Below the pieces are notes generated by a model. The model was not told where the DNA came from and searched no databases. It saw nothing but the letters and a program-made list of their open reading frames with translations. Made by a program: the position numbers and the translations under genes. Below are positions 1 through 12,410 of a stretch of DNA of 64,000 nucleotides, one piece after another. How positions within the stretch are numbered: the stretch's first letter is position 1; each line of letters starts with the position of its first letter. The DNA comes from Octopus bimaculoides (Eukaryota): positions 27,330,551-27,394,550 of the forward strand of contig NC_068994.1 of the NCBI RefSeq assembly GCF_001194135.2, written 5' to 3'.

Positions 1-38
1 CAAAATACAAAAAAAAAAAGATTACAAGTGACATGTAC

Positions 39-118
39 AAAACAATTGATCCAAGCTCACATGGGAATATATATATATATATATACACATTCTCATATGA
101 GCTTGGATCAATTGTTTT
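39..118. repeat. Short inverted repeat (30-bp arms) around a (TA)n core
   Basis: 39-68 aaaacaattgatccaagctcacatgggaat versus the reverse complement of 89-118; 2 differences. Confidence 0.85.
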
Positions 119-124
119 TGTGCG

Positions 125-270
125 CAGGCCAACTTTGCCTTTCATCTTTTCGGTGTCGATTCAATAAGTACCAGTTATGCACTGGGTCGATGTGATCAAC
201 TTAATCCCTTTGTCTGTCCTTGTTTGTCCCTCTATGTTTAGCCCCCTGTGGGCAATAAATAAATAGATAA
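125..270 (+). mobile_element. SINE-like repeat, family D (3' part)
   Basis: Carries actttgcctttcatc...aagtaccagtt...ctgggtcgatg, which recurs at 1705, 5060, 45930, 55170, 57110 and 58610. Confidence 0.7.
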
Positions 271-748
271 ATAAGCAAATAAATAAATATATATATATAT
301 ATATATAATGTACACACTCATATACATACACATACACACTCACATACACACATACATGTATATACATAATAAGTGTGTGTGTGTGTGTATGTATATATAT
401 ATATGCATGTATGTATATATGTATATATTTATATATATATATATATACACATGCACATACACACACACACACACATATGTATATGTATATATATAATCCA
501 AATAGCAAGACAAAGAAGGAGTTTATCACATTTTTAACGATCAGTCATAATTGATTCTGTCTCTTCTCTATTTTTAACATCAATTCCTGCAAAAGTCCCA
601 TGTGAAAAGTTACATAACATTTGTGGTTTTGAACATTAGAGTGGAATTTCATCAGACTTGCATCAAAGGTGTGCCCCTACATTGTGTATACAACCTCAAG
701 CTTGGGTTGTGTGCTACACTGAAAATACCCCAACTTTCTACCCTTCCC

Positions 749-783
<35 letters not shown>

Positions 784-872
784 CACCTGTTTCTACCTCT
801 CTTTCTTTCTGTCACAATCTAAACTTTCATCCTCTGACACAAGATCCCCTCCCCCAATGCCCCTTCCCCTCT

Positions 873-1035
873 CAAAATTTCTTGTCTTGCAAGTTATTTG
901 GTAACCCTGCTGGTGCTAATGTCACACAAAAGAAACACTCAGTCCACTCTGCAGAGTGGTAGGTGTTAAGAAGAGTATCCAGCTGTAAAAACCATGCCAA
1001 AAACAAACACAGACATTAAATAATAACGATGATAT
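873..1035 (+). mobile_element. Degenerate RTE-tail/SINE repeat, family A
   Basis: Contains atccagctgtaaaaaccatgccaaaa and ends in a gat-type tail; it is the reverse complement of the 1086 copy. Confidence 0.6.
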
Positions 1036-1043
1036 ATATATAT

Positions 1044-1074
<31 letters not shown>

Positions 1075-1085
1075 AAGTAAAAAGT

Positions 1086-1623
1086 CATCATCATCATCAT
1101 CATTGTTTAACATCTGCGTTCCATGTTAGCATGGGTTGGACAATTTGACTGAGGACTGGCGAATCAGATGGCTGCCCCTGATTCCAATCTGATCTGGCAG
1201 AGTTTTTACAGCTGGATGCCCTTCCTAACGCCAACCACTCCGAGAGTGTAGTCGATGCTTTTATGTGCCACTAGCACGAGGTCCAGTCAGGTGGTACTGG
1301 CAACAGCCACACTCAGATGGTGTTTTTTACGTGCCACTTGCACAGGAGCCAGTCCAGCGGCACTGGCAATGACCTCACTCAAATGTTTTTTCCCGTGCCA
1401 CCGGCACTAGTGCCAGTAAGGCGACGCTGGTAACGATCACGCTGAAATGGTGGTATTTATGTGCCTCCAGCATGGAAGCCAGACAGCTGCTCTGGCAATG
1501 ATCACGCTCAGACGGTGCTGTTTGTGCTCCACTGGCACAGGTACCAGTCATCGAATTTGGTTCAATTACGGTTTCACTTGCCCCAATAGGTCTTCGCAAG
1601 CAGAATTTAGTGTCCAATGAAGG
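1086..1623 (-). mobile_element. RTE 3'UTR-derived repeat, family A, with internal ~60-bp tandem subrepeats
   Basis: (cat)n tail, then ttccatg..agcatgggttgga..cagctggatgcccttcctaacgccaaccactc and several gtgccac/ggcactggcaa units. Homologous to the 9809, 43180 and 57797 copies. Confidence 0.8.
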
Positions 1624-1826
1624 AAAATTATTAATTAAATAAGAGTAAAAATAGATAAGAGACAGTAAATGCTCAAAAGAGTAAAAAGTACTAAAATATA
1701 ACAATAATAATTCTTTCTACTGTAGGCACAAGGCTTAAAATTTGGGGGAGGGGACTATCAATTACATTGATTCCAGTACTCAACTAGTACTTAATTTATC
1801 GACCCTGAAAGGATGAAAGGCTAAGT
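1624..1826 (+). repeat. 203-bp direct repeat, copy 1 (copy 2 at 4981-5183); includes a family D SINE part
   Basis: Identical to 4981-5183 except gataag versus gacaag. Confidence 0.9.
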
Positions 1827-2094
1827 GGTCGGGTAAGGGGAGATAATAAAGTAGTGGTGATCCCAGAATGAACGTGCGCATGTGTGTGTATGTGAGAGTG
1901 TGTAAATATGACCTTGACATGTGGATGTGTGCGTGGGTAAGTGTGTGCATCTGTAATGTGTGCGTGTGTGGATGATGATGTGGGTGCTGGGAAGTGGTCA
2001 GTGCTGGTGTATGTGGGGTGGGGTGGTGTGGTGTGGTGTTGTGTGGTATGGGAAGTTGTCAGTGCTAGTGTGTGCAGAGTGGTGTAGTGTGGTG

Positions 2095-2704
2095 NNNNNN
2101 NNNNNNNNNNNNNNNNNNNNNNNNNNNNNNNNNNNNNNNNNNNNNNNNNNNNNNNNNNNNNNNNNNNNNNNNNNNNNNNNNNNNNNNNNNNNNNNNNNNN
2201 NNNNNNNNNNNNNNNNNNNNNNNNNNNNNNNNNNNNNNNNNNNNNNNNNNNNNNNNNNNNNNNNNNNNNNNNNNNNNNNNNNNNNNNNNNNNNNNNNNNN
2301 NNNNNNNNNNNNNNNNNNNNNNNNNNNNNNNNNNNNNNNNNNNNNNNNNNNNNNNNNNNNNNNNNNNNNNNNNNNNNNNNNNNNNNNNNNNNNNNNNNNN
2401 NNNNNNNNNNNNNNNNNNNNNNNNNNNNNNNNNNNNNNNNNNNNNNNNNNNNNNNNNNNNNNNNNNNNNNNNNNNNNNNNNNNNNNNNNNNNNNNNNNNN
2501 NNNNNNNNNNNNNNNNNNNNNNNNNNNNNNNNNNNNNNNNNNNNNNNNNNNNNNNNNNNNNNNNNNNNNNNNNNNNNNNNNNNNNNNNNNNNNNNNNNNN
2601 NNNNNNNNNNNNNNNNNNNNNNNNNNNNNNNNNNNNNNNNNNNNNNNNNNNNNNNNNNNNNNNNNNNNNNNNNNNNNNNNNNNNNNNNNNNNNNNNNNNN
2701 NNNN
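2095..2704. other. Assembly gap (further N-runs at 10161-11056, 26645-27037, 28291-28300, 33289-33575, 44061-44429, 62915-63447)
   Basis: Runs of N; most adjoin (TA)n or other repeats. Confidence 0.99.
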
Positions 2705-2839
2705 AATTGCCCAAAATAACAGGGAGTTTCTACCTCATAAACAGGAGTTACACCACAGTCATTTTGTGATCTTTGCTACCCTGGTATCTATTAACCAATT
2801 TATTTTGTCGGAGTTAATTATTAACTAAGAGAAAATAAA

Positions 2840-2887
<48 letters not shown>

Positions 2888-3174
2888 GAATATCTCCACA
2901 CACTCTTTTATCTCTCTCTCTCTCTCTCTGTATATATATATATATTCTTGCACAACATTCATTTTTCTTGTTATTAAAATTCAAAATGTTGAAACATTTT
3001 TAGATATTTGTATATTACTGAAATAATCATTTTCATACGTTTTAAAAAATGATTGACGAATTCTTTTGTTTAAAAAAATAATATATTTTTAATTCTATGT
3101 AATGCATGTTTTTGTTTTCAAATTTAATGGTCATAGAAAGCAATATTCACTTTGTTTCATTGTTCTTTTTTAAG

Positions 3175-3293
3175 GAGAGACCCGTTATTTGGCTTGCTTA
3201 GCTCCATACTGTGGAGAAATTTCCATGGATACCTCCATCAATCCTATTTTACCATCTTCTTTAATTGTCCAAGATGAATATATATTTGTACAG
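3175..3293 (+). CDS. SORCS: Internal coding exon (119 nt) of a VPS10-domain receptor, SorCS-like
   Basis: Acceptor ttgttcttttttaag| and donor CAG|gtgagt. After a 2-nt split codon it reads ETRYLACLAPYCGEISMDTSINPILPSSLIVQDEYIFVQ with no stop. This resembles vertebrate SorCS1 ...YLTC...DPDSLIVQDHYVFVQ (recalled, not aligned). Confidence 0.88.
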
Positions 3294-4107
3294 GTGAGTC
3301 AGCTGTTTCATTTCTTTCAATTTATTAGGTGTGTATAGAAATATTTATGTGTGTTTGTGTTGTGTGTATGTATATAGATGTGCATGGATGTGTGTGTGTG
3401 TATATAAATATATATAGAGAGAGAGAGAGAGGGAGAGAGAGAGAGGGAGGGAGATGGAGAGGGAGACAAACAGAGGTGTGGTTCTATGTGTATGTATATC
3501 AATGCATGAGTGCATATATACACAGGTGTCAATACTTGTATATAAATGTGTGTGGTTTTCTTGTATAATTCACACACTTATCTGTGTGTGTATGTCTATT
3601 TAAATATGTATGTGCATAAGCATACGTGTGTGTGTGTTTTCTAGATGTTAAAGTCTCATTCATCATCAAGGACACCATTTCATAAGAAATCCACAACTTT
3701 GAATGGAATTACTGTGTTTTGAAATTTGTTCACCACCAACCTTTATTATGAGCCTATGTATCTTTTTACTTTACTTTCCTCTTACTTTCATACAAATCAA
3801 CCACAATAAGAACAACATTGATGAAAGAGAATGCTTCAACATAGTACTTGATCAGTTAGAAATAGCAGCCAAATCTGCCTTGACTTAGACTTTACTGTCT
3901 TAAAAATGAAAGATACATTAGATATCATAAAACTATATTGTATAACAGTCTTTCATACAACATGGTCTTGTGTCTGAAATGTAGAACAACTTTGATCATG
4001 TGCTTCTTTATCAAACAACAACAAAACATGTTGGAACAATGATATATCAAATAAATCTGATATTAAAAAATTTCTGCTTTGGGACTTTTACTCAGTCTAT
4101 TTTTATT

Positions 4108-4338
4108 TTAATCCTTTTGCATTTAAACCGACCATATCCAGCCAAAATATACTACCTATTTTATGTTCAAACCAGCCAGATCTTGCTTCTCACACCTACC
4201 CTACAATGTCATTCTCAAAATAAGCAATCACATTATTGAAATGTCAAAGCTACAAGATAATGCATTGTTAATTGAAAACAATCTGATTATAAATAAGCAT
4301 TACATTTGATTAGAGTAATCTGAGTGCTAAAGGGTTAA
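4108..4338. mobile_element. TTAA-flanked piggyBac-like MITE
   Basis: Left end ttaatccttttgcatt and right end gtgctaaagggttaa form an imperfect TIR with TTAA at both ends. Confidence 0.65.
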
Positions 4339-4980
4339 TGTTCACTTGGCAAATATTCCATATTTTGCAATAAAGTCTTTTATTTACTGCACCTTGCAAT
4401 CATTTTTTCCATGACTGCAGCACTGGAATGGTTTAATAAGAATCAGTTGATTTCTTTTAGCTGAATGAACTTTCTATCACAAACCTCCTGACTGAAGTAA
4501 GATTGGAAGTTGTTGTTTTATCACTCAAGCAAACTAGAGCAAACAAATTTGATATGGTTCATTCTGAAACACTACACATGCCAATAAAAATACAGTTCCA
4601 CTGCAATTTAACTGAGAAAAGGCTGTTGGCCTGTAGATTCAGGCCTCAAGGTTTTAAATGTAATTTTTTTCTCTTACCTATATAGATCAGTCATTCTGGC
4701 TGTCAACACCTGATGCTCATTGTTCAATTGGTTTTTGGTTGAACTTAGTGGTTGTGGGGCATACTCTCTCTTCCTCTCTTCTCTCTGGAGATACTTAAAG
4801 CAAAATCAGAAAAGAATCCATCAGCCCATGAGAGCAGAACAGAGAAGTGTTGACAGGAACTGGTCAAGGGGTGAGAATGGCAGTAGCATTAGCAACAATA
4901 GAGGCGTCAGTAACAATAGAAGTATTAGTAGCAGCAGTAGTAACAAACAGAGTAAATCTTTTAAATGTGATTAAAGAACA

Positions 4981-5270
4981 AAAATTATTAATTAAATAAG
5001 AGTAAAAATAGACAAGAGACAGTAAATGCTCAAAAGAGTAAAAAGTACTAAAATATAACAATAATAATTCTTTCTACTGTAGGCACAAGGCTTAAAATTT
5101 GGGGGAGGGGACTATCAATTACATTGATTCCAGTACTCAACTAGTACTTAATTTATCGACCCTGAAAGGATGAAAGGCTAAGTTGACATTAGCAGAATTT
5201 GAACTCAGAACATAACCATTAAGCATTTTGTCGAATGGGCTAATGGTTCTGCCAGCTCACTACCTTAATA
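4981..5270 (-). mobile_element. Family D SINE with copy 2 of the 203-bp repeat
   Basis: Reverse-complement family D core (gtacttaatttatcgaccctgaaaggatgaaaggc...gaatttgaactcagaac). Confidence 0.7.
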
Positions 5271-6191
5271 ATGATGATGATGAATGAGACTTTAACATCT
5301 AGAAAACACACACACGTATGCTTATGCACATACATATTTAAATACACATACACACACAATTAAGTGTGTGAATTATACAAGAAAACCACACACATTTATA
5401 CACGCTTATAGCAAAATCAGAATTTACTGAATTCAAAGAAAAGAATCCATCAGCCCATGAGAGCAGAACAGAGAAGAGTTGAGAGGAACCGGTCAAGGGG
5501 TGAGAGTGGCAGTAGCATCAGCAAAAAGGAAAGATACTTCTGGTCTTAGCTAATTGGAATCTTAACATGTATATGTTTTGTCTTAGTGTAAAAGATGGGC
5601 TACAGCAAATATTCTACTCAATACCTTAGATTTGCTTGGCCATAACCAGTTGAGCATCTCCCTTAGTCCCAATATATGCATCTCTGATCGGGAGCATCAT
5701 AGCCATGTGTTGAGAGGACTTCTTTAAGGGTTTGAATAATTCACCTCTGGAAACATAGGTGTTTTGTTCATCATACTTAAACAGCCCTTATTCAGGGAAC
5801 TTTTGAGCAGGATGGGCTGCTAGACCTCAAAAAATTTTAACTGGGCCCCCACCTACTAGGCCATACACTGTTTATCTTCATATGAGATCATCATGTCATG
5901 CACATGGTTGTGATGTGTATGCCTAATGTACACTTCTCAAACAAGTAGTCATGATGGGCATACTGGGATTTATATATTTATACCCCAGTCATTTTAATGA
6001 TTTGCACTGCTCTCTCACTCAATAATAATAACAGTCAAAAGCTTTCTTGCTAACCACTGGTACTGGTCCCTTCTTTTTCCTCCGTTCTTTCAATACTTAC
6101 ACTCCAATAGTGGTTACTCTGTGACTCTCTCCATTTCTTAAGTCTGTTTCTCTCATACTTCATTCTCTCTCATCACCTTATCTAAAATCAT

Positions 6192-6247
<56 letters not shown>

Positions 6248-6284
6248 ATCTCCTATTTTCTTCCAGTTATAGCTTGAGGTTCTT

Positions 6285-6480
6285 TAGTCTTGCAAGTCGT
6301 AGGGTGCAACAAAAAAACAAGTCACCCAGTATACTGTAAAGAGGGCATCCAATCACAGAAGCCATGCCAAAACAGATATTGGAGCATGACGTAGGCCTCT
6401 GTCTCATCGAATCCTGTTAAATCATTCAATCCATGCCTGCATGGAAAGCAACAAACTGTGAATGGTGATGATGATGACGT
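6285..6480 (+). mobile_element. Family A repeat (3' part)
   Basis: gggcatcca...gccatgccaaaacaga...atccatgcctgcatggaaagc, then a (gat)n tail. Confidence 0.65.
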
Positions 6481-7478
6481 TAGTGTGTCCATGCAAGGAA
6501 ACAATTATTCAAATTATTGAAGATGTCATTAATGCATCATTTGATACTTAAATGTAGACTCAGTTGGAAATAAGTAATATAATTCCATTCAGTGTCAACA
6601 GACACACACACACACACACACACACATACTCAGATGCAGGCACACATGCACACACGCATAAACACATTCATAGACATACAGTAGCACCTACTTACACCCC
6701 AACCATTTCCATTACATTCCAAAACCTAAAGACTGGACCTGCAAATGTGTTCATCTTAATGTAAACTGGTGAATGTCACCTTTCTGTTATGGAATCACAC
6801 TTTCAAAGAGTACATTTAATATGGTTTAACATTCAACCAACTACTTTAGTTAGAAGTTGCCAGAACAAGACAAATGTGCCACGAAACGGTTGCTGTAATA
6901 TATTACATGATAGCTTCCCAGCCTTGCATCTCAGTTTCAACTATAAACATCACTTCCCAACACCTAATTTCCTTCAAAACAAACAAAAATGAAAGAAAGA
7001 AAGAAAAAACACGCACATATCCTGCTGTTCTGCATAATAAAAAAAAATGTGCGCCAAGACCAGAACACATTGTAACTACAAAACAGATTAAAAGTCTGTT
7101 AGAAATATCCTAAAAGCAAAGACATCATGCGTTAATGCTAATGATTAACTTGGTCATTATATATTATCGCAACATTGAACTAGAACAAACTAAAGGTATA
7201 CACTAACACAAATGAGGAATAAAGCACCAAACAGTGACAGAAGATTGCAAAGGCAATCTCCATAAATCTATAAATCATCTTTTAACTCGAATTTGGTTTT
7301 CAATGTGTAAAATCTGTAGGTTATTGCTTTTGGCTTGTGTTTGTTTCCTTTTCTGTACTTGTGTTTTATTACATTTTTTATGACAGTTCGAAAACATTAA
7401 AAATTTGATGTGTCAACCATCTCAATCGACCAGTATATGTATGCATGGGTATTTGTGGGTGTGTGCACACCCACCCAC

Positions 7479-7515
<37 letters not shown>

Positions 7516-7599
7516 GACACACACGCATACATATATGTATATGTATGCATGTTTATAGTCTTTTGTGATATGTACAGAGTTTCTTTTCCAGATCTTTTG

Positions 7600-8880
7600 T
7601 GAGATATACTCACACTGCACTTAGTCTTTTCCTTCTTTTTATCTTCTGGTAGAATTTTTCAGTATCACTGTTTCTGTGGAAGTTTGTAGTTGATGTCAGG
7701 ATCTTATGGGTTTCAATATCTATGGATTGAGAATCTTCTTTAGACCAAGAAAGTATTCCAAATGTTAATGCAGGTTCTGCAGATGTATTGTGAAATATTG
7801 TCTTGTAAGAGGAAATCACTGCCTGTCATATTGTTTTAAGTCTGCTATAATATTCTTTGATTATTCTATCCTTGTTCACAGTGCCTTTTGTATAACATGT
7901 TTCCATTAAGACCTAGGTATATGTAGCATACATTGTGTAGAAGAGAAGAGATAGAGAGATGATTGATGCAAAGATTTTAGGTTTGGGCAAACTCCATTCC
8001 TATATCAACAGAAAATGTTCTGATTGAATCAAGCTGTTTTTGTAAATATTTCTGACATATCATTCGATTGTTCACAAAGAAACTATGGACAATCTTGTTT
8101 TCCCTTGTTCTTGTAGACCATAAAATATTGCCAGTGGATTTTTTTATAAGAAATTAAAGTGGACTAAGGACCAAAATAACCAGAAGCAAAGCAGACTATC
8201 ACTTTAGAATGTTCCCATTTAAATATTCATGACATTTGAGACAGATTTTGGATCAGGTTTTCATGAATCTTTCAATAGAAACAGCAAAGTCAGCAGATAT
8301 TTTTGCCAGCTGTAGTGACTTCAGTAGCCATGAATGAGGGATGGAATCAATTGAATGCCTTTCTGTAATCAAGCCATAATATCACAAGGTTTCTATATTG
8401 TTTTCTTACTTCAGACTTCATATTTTTATTTACCAAAAGTTCAGCACAACCCTATACTGCTTTCTTTCCACTTACCTACTTGTCAGTGACTATGTAGTTA
8501 GACTCACAATGGTCTTGGAGAAATTGGTTCAAGTGGATTGAGTCCAGTTTATACATTATGTGAAGGCCGGTGGTTTTGTTCTTGATCTTAAGGTTTGCTT
8601 GTGAATAGCAATCCAGTTCCTTATGTCAATCTGATCTCCCATAGACTTTTGAAGTATTTCTATAAGTGATTTTCTATAAAAAGTCAATGTGTTGTGTTTG
8701 TAGCCAACTATCAGGTCTCTTTACATAGCTTTCCCATAGCTATATAAAGTTTCAGTGTCAATCATTATAAGTTTTACTGTTGATGTTGGTACAGTATTCT
8801 CAATATATTGTTTAGTCATATTGTGTTCCAATTAAAACCCTTAATTTTATTCTGGATCTAAGACTACAGCTTCCTGGGAA
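7600..8880 (-). pseudogene. R4/Dong-like non-LTR retrotransposon RT relic
   Basis: Minus-strand fragments PALTFGILSWSKEDSQSIDIETHKILTSTTNFHRNSDTEKFY, a YTYLG-like segment and a DIGMEF-like segment; many stops and frameshifts. Confidence 0.7.
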
Positions 8881-9159
8881 GCTCTTTTTACTGAAATATC
8901 TTCCCCTTTATCCTCCTGTATAGAGTTTGTTGGTCAAAAGAAAACTTGTGATTTATCCTGGTTCATTCATTTTACTGGTAGTGGAGTTTTCCACTAAGTC
9001 TTGCGTTTGTGTTTCTGGGTTATTAGTTTTCCTTTCAGATTTAGAGAAGGATCTCTATTTGATTTTACTTTTCTTAGTGGGTGTTGTTGGAGTGTTGTTG
9101 AATCTATCATTTACTTTACATCTTACAAAGGTATTTAAGATAGGTGGTTGAGAGATTTG

Positions 9160-9500
9160 CTTTTCAACATGTTTATGGGTTCAGTCCCACTGCATGGGAC
9201 CTTGGGCAAGTGTCTGCTAGTATAGCCTTGAACAATTAAAGCCTTGTGAAAGAAGCCCATTGTGTGTGTGTGTGTGTGTGTGTTGACAGTGCATCTTAAT
9301 TGTAAATGAGTGTCACTGTTATAGAAGCAGTGTCATTCATTTCCATTATTCTGCAAAACATGTCTAGCCATTGAGAAATATTACCTTGCTTGGAAACAGG
9401 TGAGAATTGGCTTCAGGAAGGGCAATCAGACATAGAAAATTTACTTCAATAAACTTTGTCCAACTCATGTAAAAATGGAAAAGTGGGCATTAAAACGATT
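9160..9500 (+). mobile_element. tRNA-derived SINE, family B
   Basis: B-box-like ggttcagtcccactgc followed by accttgggcaagtgtc; shared with copies at 38110, 41490, 43670 and 50195. Confidence 0.7.
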
Positions 9501-9808
9501 TAGCTACTGTATTTGGTGATGTAAAGTTTTTATGTTTCCTTCTAGAGTTGTTATTTACCTGAGTTGCTTATGATGGTTTGTTTTATTGCTGTGTACTTTG
9601 CAAATATCTCCCAGGTATTCTTTTGGAGCAGCCAAATACAGACAGCTATTGATATTCCAGTATATGTTGCCACATTTTTTTATATCATTTCCTGTAATAT
9701 CATCAATAACTTTTATTATGGGTAGGGTTGGCCTTCTCCCCACTCTCATCCCCTAAAACATCTGTTACTTTATGATAGCTTAGAGAAGGTGAAAACATTG
9801 TTTCCATA

Positions 9809-11413
9809 TTCATCATCATCATCATCATCGTTTAACGTCCGCTTTCCATGCCAGCATGGGTTGGACGATTTGACTGAGGACTGGTGAAACCGGATGGCAA
9901 CACCAGGCTCCAATCTAATTTGGCAGAGTTTCTACAGCTGGATGCCCTTCCTAACGCCAACCACTCAGAGAGTGTAGTGGGTGCTTTTACGTGTCACCCG
10001 CACGAGGGCCAGTCAGGCGGTACTGGCAACGGCCACGCTCAAAATGGTGTCTTTCATGTGCCACCCGCACAAGAGCCAGTCCAGGGGCACTGGCAACGAT
10101 CTCACTCGAAAATCCTATGAAGGCCAGTCAGGCGGTACTGGCAACGGCCACGCTCAAAATNNNNNNNNNNNNNNNNNNNNNNNNNNNNNNNNNNNNNNNN
10201 NNNNNNNNNNNNNNNNNNNNNNNNNNNNNNNNNNNNNNNNNNNNNNNNNNNNNNNNNNNNNNNNNNNNNNNNNNNNNNNNNNNNNNNNNNNNNNNNNNNN
10301 NNNNNNNNNNNNNNNNNNNNNNNNNNNNNNNNNNNNNNNNNNNNNNNNNNNNNNNNNNNNNNNNNNNNNNNNNNNNNNNNNNNNNNNNNNNNNNNNNNNN
10401 NNNNNNNNNNNNNNNNNNNNNNNNNNNNNNNNNNNNNNNNNNNNNNNNNNNNNNNNNNNNNNNNNNNNNNNNNNNNNNNNNNNNNNNNNNNNNNNNNNNN
10501 NNNNNNNNNNNNNNNNNNNNNNNNNNNNNNNNNNNNNNNNNNNNNNNNNNNNNNNNNNNNNNNNNNNNNNNNNNNNNNNNNNNNNNNNNNNNNNNNNNNN
10601 NNNNNNNNNNNNNNNNNNNNNNNNNNNNNNNNNNNNNNNNNNNNNNNNNNNNNNNNNNNNNNNNNNNNNNNNNNNNNNNNNNNNNNNNNNNNNNNNNNNN
10701 NNNNNNNNNNNNNNNNNNNNNNNNNNNNNNNNNNNNNNNNNNNNNNNNNNNNNNNNNNNNNNNNNNNNNNNNNNNNNNNNNNNNNNNNNNNNNNNNNNNN
10801 NNNNNNNNNNNNNNNNNNNNNNNNNNNNNNNNNNNNNNNNNNNNNNNNNNNNNNNNNNNNNNNNNNNNNNNNNNNNNNNNNNNNNNNNNNNNNNNNNNNN
10901 NNNNNNNNNNNNNNNNNNNNNNNNNNNNNNNNNNNNNNNNNNNNNNNNNNNNNNNNNNNNNNNNNNNNNNNNNNNNNNNNNNNNNNNNNNNNNNNNNNNN
11001 NNNNNNNNNNNNNNNNNNNNNNNNNNNNNNNNNNNNNNNNNNNNNNNNNNNNNNNNATGTGTCCATAGCTTGCACTGGGTACATCTTATAGAGTTACTAC
11101 CTACTCCTTTTCTACATACTGAGAAGGGCCATCTACCTGAAGGGGTTTGTGTTTTATCTACCTTCCTACTTATTAGGATTTTGGTTTTTGCTAGGTTGAC
11201 TCTAAGGCCCTTCGATTCTAGTCCTTGCTTCCACCCCTGAAATTTCTCCTCTAGTTCTGATAGTGACTCCGCAATTAGTGCAAGGTCATCAGCATAGAGG
11301 AGCTCCCAAGGGCAACCTGTCTTGAATTCCTCTGTGATCGCCTGGAGGACTATGATAAATAGGAGGGGGCTGAGGACGGAACCTTGGTGGACCCCTACCT
11401 CTACCCGGAATTC
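9809..11413 (-). mobile_element. Young 5'-truncated RTE-clade LINE spanning an N-gap
   Basis: 11413 to 11057 is a stop-free frame: EFRVEVGVHQGSVLSPLLFIIVLQAITEEFKTGCPWELLYADDLALIAES...GLRVNLAKTKIL...CRKGVGSNSIRCTQCKLWTH. The family A 3'UTR and (gat)n tail lie at 9809-10160. Continuity across the gap is inferred. Confidence 0.8.
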
Positions 11414-12373
11414 ATATTATGCTTCTAAAATATTTTTCAACTGTGTACGTTCTATAGTTGCCTTTGTTGGGTCAGTATGCAGAGATCTAATCTGGCAGAG
11501 TTGTGTGATGGTGATGCAAATGGTGTCAGTTTGTTTACATCCTTGTTGATCCCTATGGCAGTTTTTGACTAGTTTTCAGTGTTGAAGGCAAGATGACTAG
11601 CATCACAAGAATCAGAATATCAATCAATATCTCTCACAGCTATTGCTTTGATGTAGAAAGATGCCTGTTGACACAACGGTTAAGGTATGAAGTGACTTAA
11701 GTTTGAGTGAGACTGTTTCCACTATTTTTGAACTACTTCAAGTAGTTGATTGTGAGATCTTCTTGGGCTTTTTCATAGCATCAGAGAACCTCCTGATTTT
11801 ATTACAAGGACCAAGGGAAATGAGAAAGGTGCTTACATTTTTTGAAGATTGTTCACAGATGTGGTAGTAATGTTGCTGTCCACACATCAATGCACATACT
11901 CCAAAAGCACACACACCTATACATACACACACATCCACATATACACCAACACACTAACAATCATACACACACCGACACACTAACAATCACACACATACTA
12001 ACATACACCAGCACCCATCAAGACATACAAACACACACATGCACACACACACACATTCACACATACAGCAAGACACTCATACACATACACATCAGTGTGT
12101 ACACATTAACTTTTACAAACAGATTTTGTATTCACTGATAAGAAAATAAAATGTAAACAACTCAGTATTATTTTTCACATCACCCTCTCCTTCTCCACCT
12201 CTTCCTCTATTTCATCTCTTTCTCGTTCCAGCATCTCTCCCTCTCTCCTTACCTCTACCACTCTCTCACATTTTTCTCTTTTTGTCTTTCTCCCTCTCTC
12301 TCCCTCCCTCAGTTTTTATAAAAAAAAGATGATTCATTTCAGTAAAGCTAATGTTCACACACATGCACGCATG

Positions 12374-12410
<37 letters not shown>

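Noticed and set aside
161-529. ORFs rich in YI/CV/HT dipeptides here and at ~21000, 35700, 49400, 57700, 61700 and 62700
   Set aside because: Translations of (TA)n, (TG)n and (TACA)n microsatellites.
1265-1560. Regularly spaced ~60-bp repeats resembling a CRISPR array (also 43350-43600, 57950-58290)
   Set aside because: The whole unit is repeated with no unique spacers; it is part of a eukaryotic retroelement 3'UTR and there are no cas genes.
9981-11240. Long ORFs of 200-419 aa spanning N-runs (also 1960, 26487, 33099, 43797, 62430)
   Set aside because: Their length comes from X residues in assembly gaps.
11587-11608. aggcaagatg match to the miR-31 5' end
   Set aside because: Only 10 nt match and no complementary arm for a hairpin.
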